NCBI GenBank assembly: GCA_038496445.1
Contig: JALMLS010000322.1
Span: 1,118,366 to 1,182,365, forward strand
Length of the DNA stretch: 64,000 nt
From: Trichosphaerium sp. ATCC 40318
Taxonomy: Eukaryota > Protista > Tubulinea
Reading direction: 5' to 3'
In this document: piece after piece, positions 39,177 through 51,140 of the stretch
Layout of the letters: every line of letters starts with the position of its first letter
Position numbering within the stretch: position 1 is the first letter of the stretch
The notes under the pieces: model-generated
The model's input: the letters and a program-made list of their open reading frames with translations, nothing else
The model's database searches: none
Told to the model about the DNA's origin: nothing
Program-made: the position numbers and the translations under genes

Positions 39177-39922
39177 TTACAATTCGACGTGATAGTACGA
39201 CTCCATTGGTGCTAGTAGCTTTTCAAAGTTATAGCATCCCTCCTTCATACCGTATACAGGCTTATCTGCTACAAGCTAAAAGTGCACAACGCGTCAGTAT
39301 AGGCGTATCGAGAAAGCTTTCTTCAAAGTGTAGTACCTGTTGACAAAGGTTGGTACTGGTCAGGTGCTTGGCACGCAATAGCATGCACAAGTCATTGCAA
39401 TTCCTACGAAGATGGTCGCAAGCTTTATGTTTAAGTATCATTCGGACACAGCTGCGAACTTGTTTCGCCAGGGGATCGTCCTCGTAATGCAGAGCGTTTG
39501 AGTCCGGTCCCTCCAACTTGTGTATAACCTGTATTACGTGCGAATGAGCATGATAAAATATAAAAAAAAAAGACATTTCTATCAACACATACTGTTTCAA
39601 TAAGATTCTCTAGCTGGGGGTTCCATTTGAGCAATAAGTCTACTAGGTCTTTCTTGTGGACTGCGTCGTATTGGTTTCTTTTACCTCGCAGCTGTTTTGG
39701 TATCAGCGCTTGAGCCATTTTGTCCAAGCGCTCTATCACCTCGCCTACATACTCGTCCGCCTCCGGTACGCGCATAAATGTCTTCTTGTTAGGTTTGTGT
39801 GGCCTAGACCAATCAACAGCTTGAAAATGCGCACGTTAGGCATGCCACGTGATAATAATAATAACATGCTTACCATTTACGCTGACTATTACCATCAACA
39901 CCAATAGCGTCGTTATATGCAT
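39177..39922 (-). CDS. hypothetical secretory-pathway protein (signal peptide, Cys-rich C-terminus, ends HVEL)
   Basis: MHITTLLVLMVIVSVN signal-like start; exons from ORFs 39431-39775 and 39262-39600; last exon PVYGMKEGC..YYHVEL*. Confidence 0.55.
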
Positions 39923-40203
39923 GGATACAGAAATTATGGTACCAGATACGTTTGTTCAAGTTTATTATGACGAAATCTTTTTTAACATCTCAGAGCTGTG
40001 ATAAGTCCACGCTGAAACTTAACGTCCGTGCTAACTTACCAAAACTGCTGTGACGGTGCTACTGCGATGCAGTGCGCCTCACAAACAAAAAAATACACAG
40101 GTCGTTTCGAGTTAAGTTGAGATTGTTCGCTTTTATTAATAAGTATACGTAAAAAGTCTGTTTTTGTGATGCGAGAGCTGCTAAATACTACAAAAAAGGG
40201 GTG

Positions 40204-43200
40204 TCAAAGGTTCTGGTACAGATGGCTTGATCCCGACATAGTCGCGTTTTCGTCGTAAATGCCGCTAACATTGGCGCTGTCCATTTGTCCACCTCGGCTA
40301 GCAACTGCTTGATACGCTTTGGCACCACCAGCAGTGGCTGCAGCTGCAACTACAAGGACTGCTGCAACAATACCGATTATAGCCTATTTGAGCAATAGAC
40401 TAGTTAGTTTTATAATAAAGCCAGCGCAAGACACAAAAAATAAAGGGACGTACAGCTACACCGAGACTGGCTTTTGGCGTGGCAACTGCTGAAGGCGCCT
40501 GAAATACGGTACAAGCAAGATCGATGGATTCGCAGCCAGTGGTTTCGTTACAGTACGCAACTTCACAGACGTCCGGACGAGCCACACATTCCACTGGTTT
40601 CGTAGTGCAATTCCCTGTAGCCTCATCGCAGAATGCTATTTTGCACTTGGATGTGTTCTCTGGGATGCACTCCGTTTCAGTTCTGTTCTCGTAAACACAT
40701 CGCTCAGCGCTTGTAGTTGCATTACCATTGCAAAAATCGTTGGTGCAGGGGTTGCCGTCATCACAAGCAATCTTTGGATCGATTCTGACATTACTGCATT
40801 CTGTAACAAAGTCACAGGTATCTATCGTGCACATATCGTTATCATTGCACGGATCAAGGTTCGCTTTATAGCTACATTTTCCAGTATCTGCATCACATGT
40901 GTTGTTACCACATTTAGTATTTGGCGCACAAGTGATAGGTGTCGCAACACACGACCCTGTTGCAATGTCACATTGGTACGTTGCGCATTTATCGTTACAA
41001 ACACCAGGGTTCTCTGGAGTGGCTACGCCAAACTGATCTTTGCCAGCACACTGTGTGAAAAACGGTTAATCACCAGAACTTGGGGGTGGGATTGATAAAA
41101 ATGGAATGGATGAATACACGTACGATATTATTCTGTGAGTCCGTAGGGTCGCAGGTAAGACTTACAATCTTGCCACCAACACTACGCTGGCACAAGTTGC
41201 ACTCTCTATTTGCACGTATAACGCAGCCATTATATGGCATGGATGGATAGGTGCCCGCTGGTGGTCCTGCAGGGTCACAACCTGTTACTGTACATGCGTC
41301 CTGGTCCACACACAGTGCTGCGTGGGAAGCACGTTGACACCCACCAACACGCTGACATGTAGCAACAACACACGCATCAGCACTAACGCAAGCATTTTCT
41401 AAACGAGTTATATTAGTCCTCCAGTCATGTCACACGCGAAGAACCAAAGCAACGAAAAACCTCTCCCAAACAAAAGAAAATCAGATTTTCGAACGCACTT
41501 ATTGCAGAATCAGTGTGTTTGCACTCTGGTCCATGGGGATTGTAGTTACCACCTATAAGTGTAGGTGCGTTTTCAGGACCAGGTGGATTTTGGCAGACAT
41601 CGTCTGTGCAGACGTCCCCATCATTACACTGAGCAAGGCCTAACACACAACAATTAGTAAACCAAAAACAATTGTACAGGTTAAGAGTCCTATGAACCAT
41701 TTTTTGAATATTTCGACAGTACAAAAAACGCAATCTAAACCAATTGGTCTATATAAGTGTACCATTGGGACCAACAGGATTGTGCGGCAAATGTTGACAA
41801 CCTACAGCATGAGAGGCGCAAATGTCTTGAGTGCAAGGGTTTCTATCACCACAGTCGTTTGGGCAGAGGCATTGGTTACCACAAGCGCAGAACCCTTTGC
41901 ATGCAGCACCACAGGAGCTACTGCCCTTACACAAGGTTTCAACAAGGTTCTTACGGACTACTGCAAGATCTTCTGGTCTTGCTGTTGGTGAAAAAAAGGC
42001 ATGGGATGCATCATTTTCGACTAGTCCTAGCAAAGCTTTCTTGTCGATACCTTCTCTGCTATTCGGGCCCGATGCTTGTTTGCCAACGCCCACAACATAA
42101 ACAATATAACCTTCGCCCTGTGGAGGAGGCTTGGTCAATACGTCTTGGTAGATGTGTTAGCGATCACATTTGCTATTTTCTCCAGCAACAGACAAATGCC
42201 GGGGCAAAGGGGGTTAGCACGTACTTGTCCTGATGAGATTTTCCCAACCTCTGTTGTTTCCGTCTTGCCTATTGTTTACGCCATCTGTCATAACAATCAT
42301 GACACGTTTAACACCAGGCCTAGCTCTTGACAAGGCTGATCTCGCTTTGTCAATGCCACAAGGGATGCATGTCCAGCCTCCCAGTTTGGCATAGTTCCGG
42401 TAGTTTTGAGAAATGTCGGTCAACTTGTGGATCACGCTGTTATGATCTGCTGTAAGTTCCAAGTCTATCTTTTCTTTACCCTCAGTAGAGTAGGATGATA
42501 TACCTTAAACAGCAAAAAAAAGTTAGATTATTGAATTACACTTTGTGGAAAAGGTAGTCGACTGACAGTCAACATCGACTACGGCCAGAGAACTGTATTT
42601 TTTCAAAGAAAACCGCACCAAATCGGACCAAACCAGGTTCAGGAAAGCTTCTAACTACTTCTCGGGCCCAGGCCGCTACGTTTCGGAGTTTTTCATGAAG
42701 TCTCATGGATCCTGAGTAATCCAACACTGTACACACGTCAGGCAACCCCACCAGCAAACAAATAACGCACCAAATACTAGATCTAGAGGCTCGACACACG
42801 TTTCTTTACAAGCAGCCGTCTTTGCAAAAGCGTTTACAGCTGTGCCAGGATAAATCGCGTCTAGTCTGAAGTGTCCAGGCAAAAAGTGGAACGTTGTGCC
42901 ATCAGTGTAAGTCATTCTAACAGAACCGAGCGTGTCAGAATAAATGGTTCAATTTTGTTTTTGTTTCATTTGACAAAGAAGGGCTACTCCTGAACCAACA
43001 ACAACAATAAAATAGAGTAAAAAATTGTGACGCACTTGCAAACATGGTTGTTCGTTGGATCAAGCCACAAATTGCTAACATCTCTGGCGCTCACTGCTGC
43101 GTTTCTAATGTAACGTACACAGTTGCGCGGGTGTTTGCCAAGTTCACCTTGTGGGCCTCCATATATTGCTGTAACTACTTCTACAGGACCTCGGTTGAAA

Positions 43201-43633
43201 CTACTTCCATCAATGTGCATGAGCGGCAGTACGGTGGTGTCTAATTTGTTCAGCGTTTCACAAGAGCCAGGACATTGTCTAAACACTTGATTCTAGGTGT
43301 CATTTAGTGGGAGTGCTTTTTTGCAGTGTAAAATGTGTAAATAGAATCCCGTACTGTGGCGAATTGGTAAATGTACGAAACAAAGACGTGACCAGGCGCT
43401 GGGTGATTATAGTGCACAGCAAACCGTCTCCCAGGAGCGTCGTACGCAAGGTAAGCGTCGTATCTGCCCTAATTGATTTTTTGGATGAGCTACAAGCGTA
43501 TAAAACGTCTAATGGACCGAACCTTTTGAGTTGGGTCGTCACTGACTAGCACGCGGGCAGAAAACACTTGCGGCGATGCGCAAGTAACTGCAACAAGTGC
43601 TGATACAAATATCAGTATCAAACCTTGAAGCAT
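40204..43633 (-). CDS. type I membrane adhesion-like protein: signal peptide, VWA (MIDAS), Cys-rich CxDxNPCTxDxC repeats, TM, Tyr-motif tail (Sib/integrin-beta-like)
   Basis: MLQGLILIFVSALVAVTCA; LDYSGSM; VMIVMTDG; CDDGNPCTNDFC repeats; TM AIIGIVAAVLVVAAAATAGG; tail SGIYDE..SHLYQNL*. Confidence 0.8.
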
Positions 43634-43811
43634 CGCTTGCAGCAGTTGATTTTTTGAATATGGAAATTTATTTCCGCATTTGGTCAATACTCTGCGGCAA
43701 AGTGAAACAAACAAAAATTACTTTATAAGCGAACTACACGTGCAAGGTTTTTACTACTGCAACTCTCAGGTAATTTGTGAGAGGGAAAAAAGCATTCACA
43801 ATACATTAGCG

Positions 43812-46315
43812 CTAACACAAGTGCATAAACTGCTCTTTGTTCTGCTCAGGAAGACTGGCTAATTTGAAAGGGATGTGCGTCACCGATTGGTATCCTTCTT
43901 GTCGCGTTGGTAGCTCCAACTTTTTGCGGAAAATGTTGTACGCTATTCCAGGTACTGGCTTCACGCCTTCAACAAGCTAAAACGAGAGTTAACAATGAAC
44001 TTGGTTAAAAACTTATTCCATTTCCCATAACGGTTGGATTAAAAACGATGACCATGAAAATAAGAAAAAAGCAAATCCGACATCCACACTGTATTGTACG
44101 TACCCAGCGGTAGTTGTTGAGGTGTTTGGCCAACTCAATAGAAGTAGACATTACGAAACATCGGACGCGAATGCCGTGCTTAAGTGCGAGTTGTAGATAT
44201 GGTTGTCTGAGAGAAAAAAATCCAAGTAAGTACACTTGGAGTGTAGACCAGGTTTTTATGGCGACTTACCTTGATATTTTACTTGGATTTGTGTTATCTA
44301 TGACTACATTTCGGCCACCAATGAGTGCAGTAGACGCCGCTTTTAAACATTTTGCTATTTGGTAGTGTTAAGTTTGAAGTACGATTCCTTACATGTCCGT
44401 GTACCTTTAGTTTTGAGAATATCGCGATTAATTCTAGTGTATCCATTTGCTGCCATAATCGTCTTGGCAAACGTTGATTTTCCGCTGCCAGGATAGCCCA
44501 CCTACGAGAAATGCAACATTAATAAACAGCTTGAGTCTAGTTCAACTCGAAGTGATTTGTTGTTTCAAGAACGCACAAGTATGATCATCTCCTGTTGTGT
44601 GCCAATGTAATCGCTTGGGTTGTGTGTGCCTGGGTCATCACATAAGGCCTGCAAGTCTTCAGGCGAAACACCGTCCCATCCAAAAGCCTCAGGTCCGGCA
44701 TCCTGGAAGTACTCTGTCTCTGTTTTGAAAGCAATGGACAAGTTCCATGCAAACTTCCTGTCAGAGCAACTAAAGTCCTTCTTTCGTGACCCAACAGCAG
44801 GTCTACCAGCAGCATCACCGACGTACATACAATTTGTCTTATCTACAAAAGAAAAAAAAAAGGTTAAAACAGGCCTTTGTTTGGGTTGCTATGGCGTTTA
44901 CCTGGAGTAATGCCATCGTTGAAACTGCTGCACATGAGATCCCACATGGCCAAGTTTGGTTTTCGGAACTCGTCACCAGTAGTAGCGATAAAGGCTTGTA
45001 TTGGAAAACCAAGTTCGGCAGCGATATCCTCGATTTTTCCTTTAATGTCGTCCAGCTTCTGTTTGCCCTTGCTGATGCCGGCTTGATTTGTGAATATTAC
45101 AATTTTGTGCCCGTCACTGCGAGCCTTATGCAACTTCGAGTGCATCGTCATAGGGAACATCCACTCCCAGTCATGACGATCTGTTGGGAAGCGGCGCCCG
45201 GATTTGGTTACGATCAGAGTAGAGTCCATGTCGAAGCCTGTTATCCGTGCGGAACCTTGTATACCCGGTGGATTGTACACAAGGCATGTAGAATGCATTG
45301 ACCAATTGCTAGACCCCTAAATGATAACAGGTCAGTTTAGGATTGTCAACGGAGAATTGTACCTTAGGTTCAGCAGGTTTTGTTGTTGTTCTTTTTGACG
45401 TCCTGCCGACATTTGAGATGGTTGAAGCCTAGAAGAAATCTATGTTAGTCCCACCAGATATTTATCACACGTGTTAACATCACGGCACGCACTGTATTAA
45501 CGCTTCTTAGCGGTTGTTTGGGTTGTTGTGCTATTCTTGTGTGTCCGTGCTGTGTCATGCTTAAAGCGCTTCCCCAGATTTGAGAGCCATGATTTGACTG
45601 TGTTGGGTTGACTCTGTATGCAGGCTTTGAAGTCGACGTAGTAGGTCCTCGTGGCACGCCTGCAAATCCAGAATTCTTGTGAGGTGTCAATGTTTGACAT
45701 AATGCGTCCACAGAGGGACGTGCAGCATGCAGATTTAGTGCGTTCTCAATGGCCGAGATGCCAAACAAGCCGTTTTGTTGTCGCGCGTGCATTGATTGGA
45801 ATGGCGCTGAGGATAAAATTTGCGATATTTGCTGGTTTGGTAGTGATGTATTGTATCCCTGCGACGCTTTACCGCCATTTGTGCGTTCAACAAAAATTTG
45901 CGCGGTACGTTCGTGGAATTGCTTCAACCACGTCAAATCTTCCTATTCAACACGTTCGTTTTAGTTGTGTATTTTAAAATAAAAAGTTGTACAGGCCATG
46001 GAATGGAGAAAGGATCTTCTTCCTCTGCTACTACGTATGTAGGGTCCACCTCTGCAGAACCTAAACGGGTGTTAAAGCCGACAAGCCAAACAGGTTCCAC
46101 GAAAACCTAACACTGTGTCTAAACATACACGCTGTTGTGGAAACACAGCACTTGAGCGTATCCGCGAGCTCTGGGAAGTCTTTTGTAATTTCAAAGATTT
46201 CAGTTGCTGCAACGATTTCTGGTTTAGTCTGATGCTTAACAACGTAGTCATGCTCTCTGGTAGTGAGACTTCCAGCTCTGCGTAAAATTTCAGCGAGTAG
46301 TGCAATCTGCGACAT
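43812..46315 (-). CDS. PNKP: bifunctional polynucleotide kinase 3'-phosphatase; 5' exons uncertain
   Basis: GFDMDSTLI; [10 protein letters not shown]; FRKP; [20 protein letters not shown]; [11 protein letters not shown]; INRD; VVIDNTNPS. Confidence 0.88.
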
Positions 46316-46685
46316 AATTTAAAAGAATAGAGAGAACGCATTTGACTCATGGTTTGCCTAGCGCTGTAAGCACGTGTTGACACTATTGCCTCTTACACGC
46401 ACTCTTTTAACGCCATTTGAGTTCTGTTGTGGCAGGCAAATGTTCGTAAAACCAAAAATGTACTGTTGGCTGTGACAAATCTTTTTTATTGCTTCTCTTC
46501 GTCATCACGCGTTTTTTCATTTTGTTGAACGTTACCGCGGTCTGCTGGGGAGCGCGTACAAATCGGATAATTGAGTGATTTCTTCCAAGCGACGTAAATT
46601 TGTTGTCCCGAGAACACCAGATAAGGACTGCAAAGCTGATTGGTGCAAACTGCGAAAGCAACAACGCAAACATCACTAAAATAAC

Positions 46686-49600
46686 ATGCGCGTTGCTATT
46701 ATAGGTTCTGGCGTAACTGGGCTTGCTGCCGCCTCACATCTCCACAAACACGGTGCGCGCTGCAAACCTAACGATACACTATTTTTCTCGTTTGTATCTC
46801 GCAAACAAACCAAAACTAAATTCGTTTTGTCAGGCTGCGACGTTGTTGTCTATGAGGCAAGCGATCACGTTGGTGGGCACGCTCACACCCAATACGTTAA
46901 CGGTAAGTACTTTTGTGCGAGCTGCGTAAAAAAAAAACCTACAGCGTCTAAGAACACTCTAGGTATACCTGTAGATACAGGTTTTATGGTTTTGAACAGA
47001 GTTACGTATCCAAACCTTCTGAAATGGTTCAAAGAGAGCGGTACGCAAAAGCAAACTTTTCAAAAAAAAAAAAGCTCTAGCTCCCTTTTGTGTTACGCTC
47101 TCATACTCATTAACTCTCTCAGGCGTGCTGTTAGAGAACTCGGAAATGTCGTTTTCTGTGAGTTTGAGCGACGCAAACATAGAGTGGAGTAGCGATGCGC
47201 CGTTTGCTTCCGCTGTACGTTTAAAACTATCGCTATTGTATTTTTCCGTGCTTCGTGCGCAAAGGATTTATTCCGTTTCGCCTTTTTGCACTTTTTATCA
47301 AACTGCGACAAAAACTTATTGCAAACATAGTCTAGCTACTATAGTCCCAATTTTTACGGCATGTTGTACGATATTACGCGATTTAAGCGTGATGCAACGC
47401 AGTTTGTGGAAAATAAAGAGCCAGACACTACAACAACCATGGAGCAGTTTTTGCAAAAACACGTACGACCGCATTTCCCAATTCTCAAAGGTCGGAACAT
47501 TTAGTTTCCGATCGGGCCAATTTCGCGTTTGTGGATCCAAACCAAAGACGAAAACTGCCCCATATACTCCATGTCCCTACCATCTCCTTACATTCTTTTT
47601 TTGTAGGGCTACGGCTACTACTTTATACACTACTATTTGGTACCAATGATGGCAGCGATTTGGTCATGTGACACGGGAGATACACTCAAGTTTCCAGCCC
47701 TGTTTCTCTTGAAGTTTTTTTATAATCACCACCTACTCCAAGTATCTGGTAGACCACTATGGCTCACTGTCAAAGGCCGCTGTGCGGATGGCTACGTTAG
47801 TAAGGTATGGCCTACCAGAAAAACAAACAATTCACCAGTCATTGACAACGTGCTACATAGGTAACAGCTCCTTTTGCTGACAAGATTCATGTAAACAATC
47901 CAGTAAAGGAGGTGTATGCTACCTCTACCGGCAAAGTAAAAGTAGTGGCTAATGATGGTATGTCTTTGTTTGAACCAATACATAGTTCATATTATATTTC
48001 GTGACTAATGGGGCCGCTTAGAGGATGAGTTTGATCGTGTCGTCTTTGCAAACCACGCACCAGATGTCTTGAAGATACTAAAGGATGTATTGCCTGAAGA
48101 GCAAGATGTACGTTGCGCTAGTGTTGGAACTTTTTCTGACGTGTGGGTGTTGTTAGATCCTCAGCAAATTCAAGTACCAAGAGAATGATGTATGGCTCCA
48201 CCACGACACTTCTCTCATGCCTAAAAACCCTGCAGCATGGGCCTGCTGGAATTTTATTGGAAATAGTGACTGTACGAGAAAAAACCCATTATCGACACTT
48301 GTGCTGTTGCTGACTGCTTGGTTAGTGGGATGTTGCGTCACATATTGGTTGAAGCGGTTGCAGAACATTGAATCAAATGATCAACCCATCTTCGTTACCC
48401 TTAACCCTAGCACTCCACCAAAGGCCGAGCTTGTTGTGAATCACTGGAAGGCATCACACCCAGTGCCATCATTGCACACTATCAATTCGGATGACCTCTT
48501 TTCAAAAATTCAAGGAAAACGAAACATGTGGTTTGCAGGTGCCTACCAAGGCAACGGTTTCCATGAAGATGGCTTCAAGAGCGGTATGGCTGCTGCCAAT
48601 GACTTGTTGCAAGGTACGTTCTAAGCGCCATACCTGTTGTGGCCTGTGGCTAACAGATTATTCGCTAGGACCATGGAAACCACTTCCAAACAATGTCATG
48701 CATCCGATCGGCATGGTCGATTCAATGTGCCGCAATGTTGTCCTTTCGTACCTCAAGTCAACCATCTCATCTGGTACACTCGAAGTACACGACATTGGAC
48801 ATGGTGTCGTACGTCTTTTGTTATTATTACTGGATTCTCTCTCTTGTTCTTGTGGCAAATCGACTAACACAGATGGACTTTAGACTACCATGGGCGATGG
48901 TAAGGAACCAAAGGCTATTCTGACTGTAATGCGTCCACAGTTTTACTCCAAGATGTGTTGGCGTTCCGCTCTAGGTACTATCACCCACACAGGTTATTGT
49001 TAGGCTGTTCCAGCTCACAATATTTCTAGGTCTTGCCGATGCTTTCATCGCCGGAGACGTATTGTGTGATGACCTTTGCATCTTGTTTGAACTCATTGTA
49101 AACAACAGAAAGAAGAAAGGTACGATATATCACTTTTTGGTTAAAGACAAGTTGTCTTTGTTTGTGATTGTAGTCGCTCACTCGCTTCTGTAGAAGGTGC
49201 TATTGCACCTAGTTTGATGACATCCATACTTGGACAATTGACAGCTTACTGGACGCACCAGAGCCGAAATAACTCGGTTAACAACACGCGTCAGAACATT
49301 CACGAACACTACGATCTAGGCAATGACTTTTTCAAACTGTTCTTGGACAAATCCATGTCGTACTCTTGCGGTATTTTTAACAAACCAGACGAAAGCCTTT
49401 ACGACTCTCAAATGAACAAAGTGAATCGGTTGATCGAGCTCGCTTGTGTCAAACCAGGAGATCGTGTGCTGGAGGTAAGGAGGAGCCTTCAACCAATGAC
49501 CTTATAAGTTATTAACCTTGTTTTCTGTAACAGATTGGTTTTGGTTGGGGTACAATGAGTATTGAGCTGGCCAAGTTGGGTTGTAAGGTAACTGGATTGA

Positions 49601-50489
49601 CTTTATCATCTGAGCAGAAGAAATACGCAGAACAGCGTGCTAAAGAAATGGTAAGTTAAACACGTGCATGACCCAATATCAGTGAGCTCAGTGTCGTTAT
49701 CAGTATCCACCTCCATCACTTACACTCGCACTCTTAGGGCGTTGCTGATAATATCTCTTTTGAGCTTGTAGATTACAGACAGTATGTACCTGAGCAGAAG
49801 TTTGACAGAATAGTTTCTTGTGAGATGCTGGAAGCAGTTGGTACGATTGGCTCAATATAAACTCCTTTTTTTTTTACTTGTTCTTTAACATATCGACTAA
49901 CTGTTGGCACTAGGTCATGATTATTTGCCTGACTTTTTTGATGTTTGCAACAAACTCCTCGGGCCAAATGGTATCCTGGTTGTCCAGGTCATTACTATCC
50001 CCGATAGCCGATACGAGGAGTACCGCAGGACAACAGACTTTATTCAGCAATACATCTTCCCAGGAGGTCACCTTCCATCCCTTGGCGCACTAACAGAGGC
50101 CATGGGCAAGAAGACGCCATTCATGGTGCGTATATTGTAATTTGTTCTTTGTGGTTTTTACTGACCGTGGTTTGTTCCTATCAAGGTTGAAAGCGTTGAC
50201 AATATTGGTCCACACTACGCAACAACATTACGTCATTGGTTGAACCTATTCAGAGCCAAGGTACATTTCTCACAACAAGTTGTAATGTTTACATGGTACA
50301 ATGTTGCTAAAATTGTGATTCTAGATTCCTGAAATCAGATCTCAAGGATTCTCTGACGAATTTATTCGCACGTGGGAGTACTATTTTCAATACTGCGAAG
50401 CCGGGTTCAAGACAAGAACTTTGTCTGATTTACATATAGTGTTCACGCGCCCTGGTAACTATGATCTAGATACACAATTGTACAAATAA
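46686..50489 (+). CDS. FAD-dependent (amine-oxidase-family) oxidoreductase fused to cyclopropane-fatty-acyl-phospholipid synthase-family SAM methyltransferase
   Basis: MRVAIIGSGVTGL; GGHAHT; VDTGFMVLNRVTYPNL; AWACWNF; GFHEDG; continues in frame to NIHEHYDLGNDFF, VLEIGFGWG, CEMLEAVGH, DFIQQYIFPGG, WEYYFQYCEAGF. Confidence 0.92.
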
Positions 50490-51140
50490 GTAAAACTATT
50501 TTTTTTCCAAAGTTGCTTTATTGCTTTTATGATAGATACTAACTACAATTAACTTGTTTGACCTCGATAATCACATTGAAAATCCAATGGATAACAGTAC
50601 CGTACTCTAAAAAGCGTATTCCTGGCATTTTGACCTACCTGTCTTTACTTTGGCTGTAACTTTAATGTGTAATTCTACATATCATATACGCCTGCCAATG
50701 CGTTTATACCTTGGTCTGTTACAAGGTGGCTTTGCAAACTTACTGTGTACACCGCTGCATCCTATAATACTTGCATGACACTGGCGTTTAAAGGTCATTT
50801 GAAAGCAATTCACAGCAGTGGCTAGGATCGTGATAAAGACCTTCAACTCACGTTTTAAATCCGATAAGAGCAAATACAATATTATTCCATATTCTTTTTC
50901 GTTCTACAAACAGCTTGTTGAGTAAGACAGCTTGAGATTTTTGTAATTATCGCACAAGAAAAAAAGTTGTACTTTTCTAACCAAAATAACTTAACAACTT
51001 ATCTTTGTGTCTTTACTTTGTTTACTTGTTAACTTGTTAATACAGTGCTTGGGGGTTTCTATTTACAAAGGGGTTGGTGAATTAGTGGTATGTACAATTT
51101 GATACAAAGCGAGGTTTGAAAAAAAAAACTGGAATGAAAT

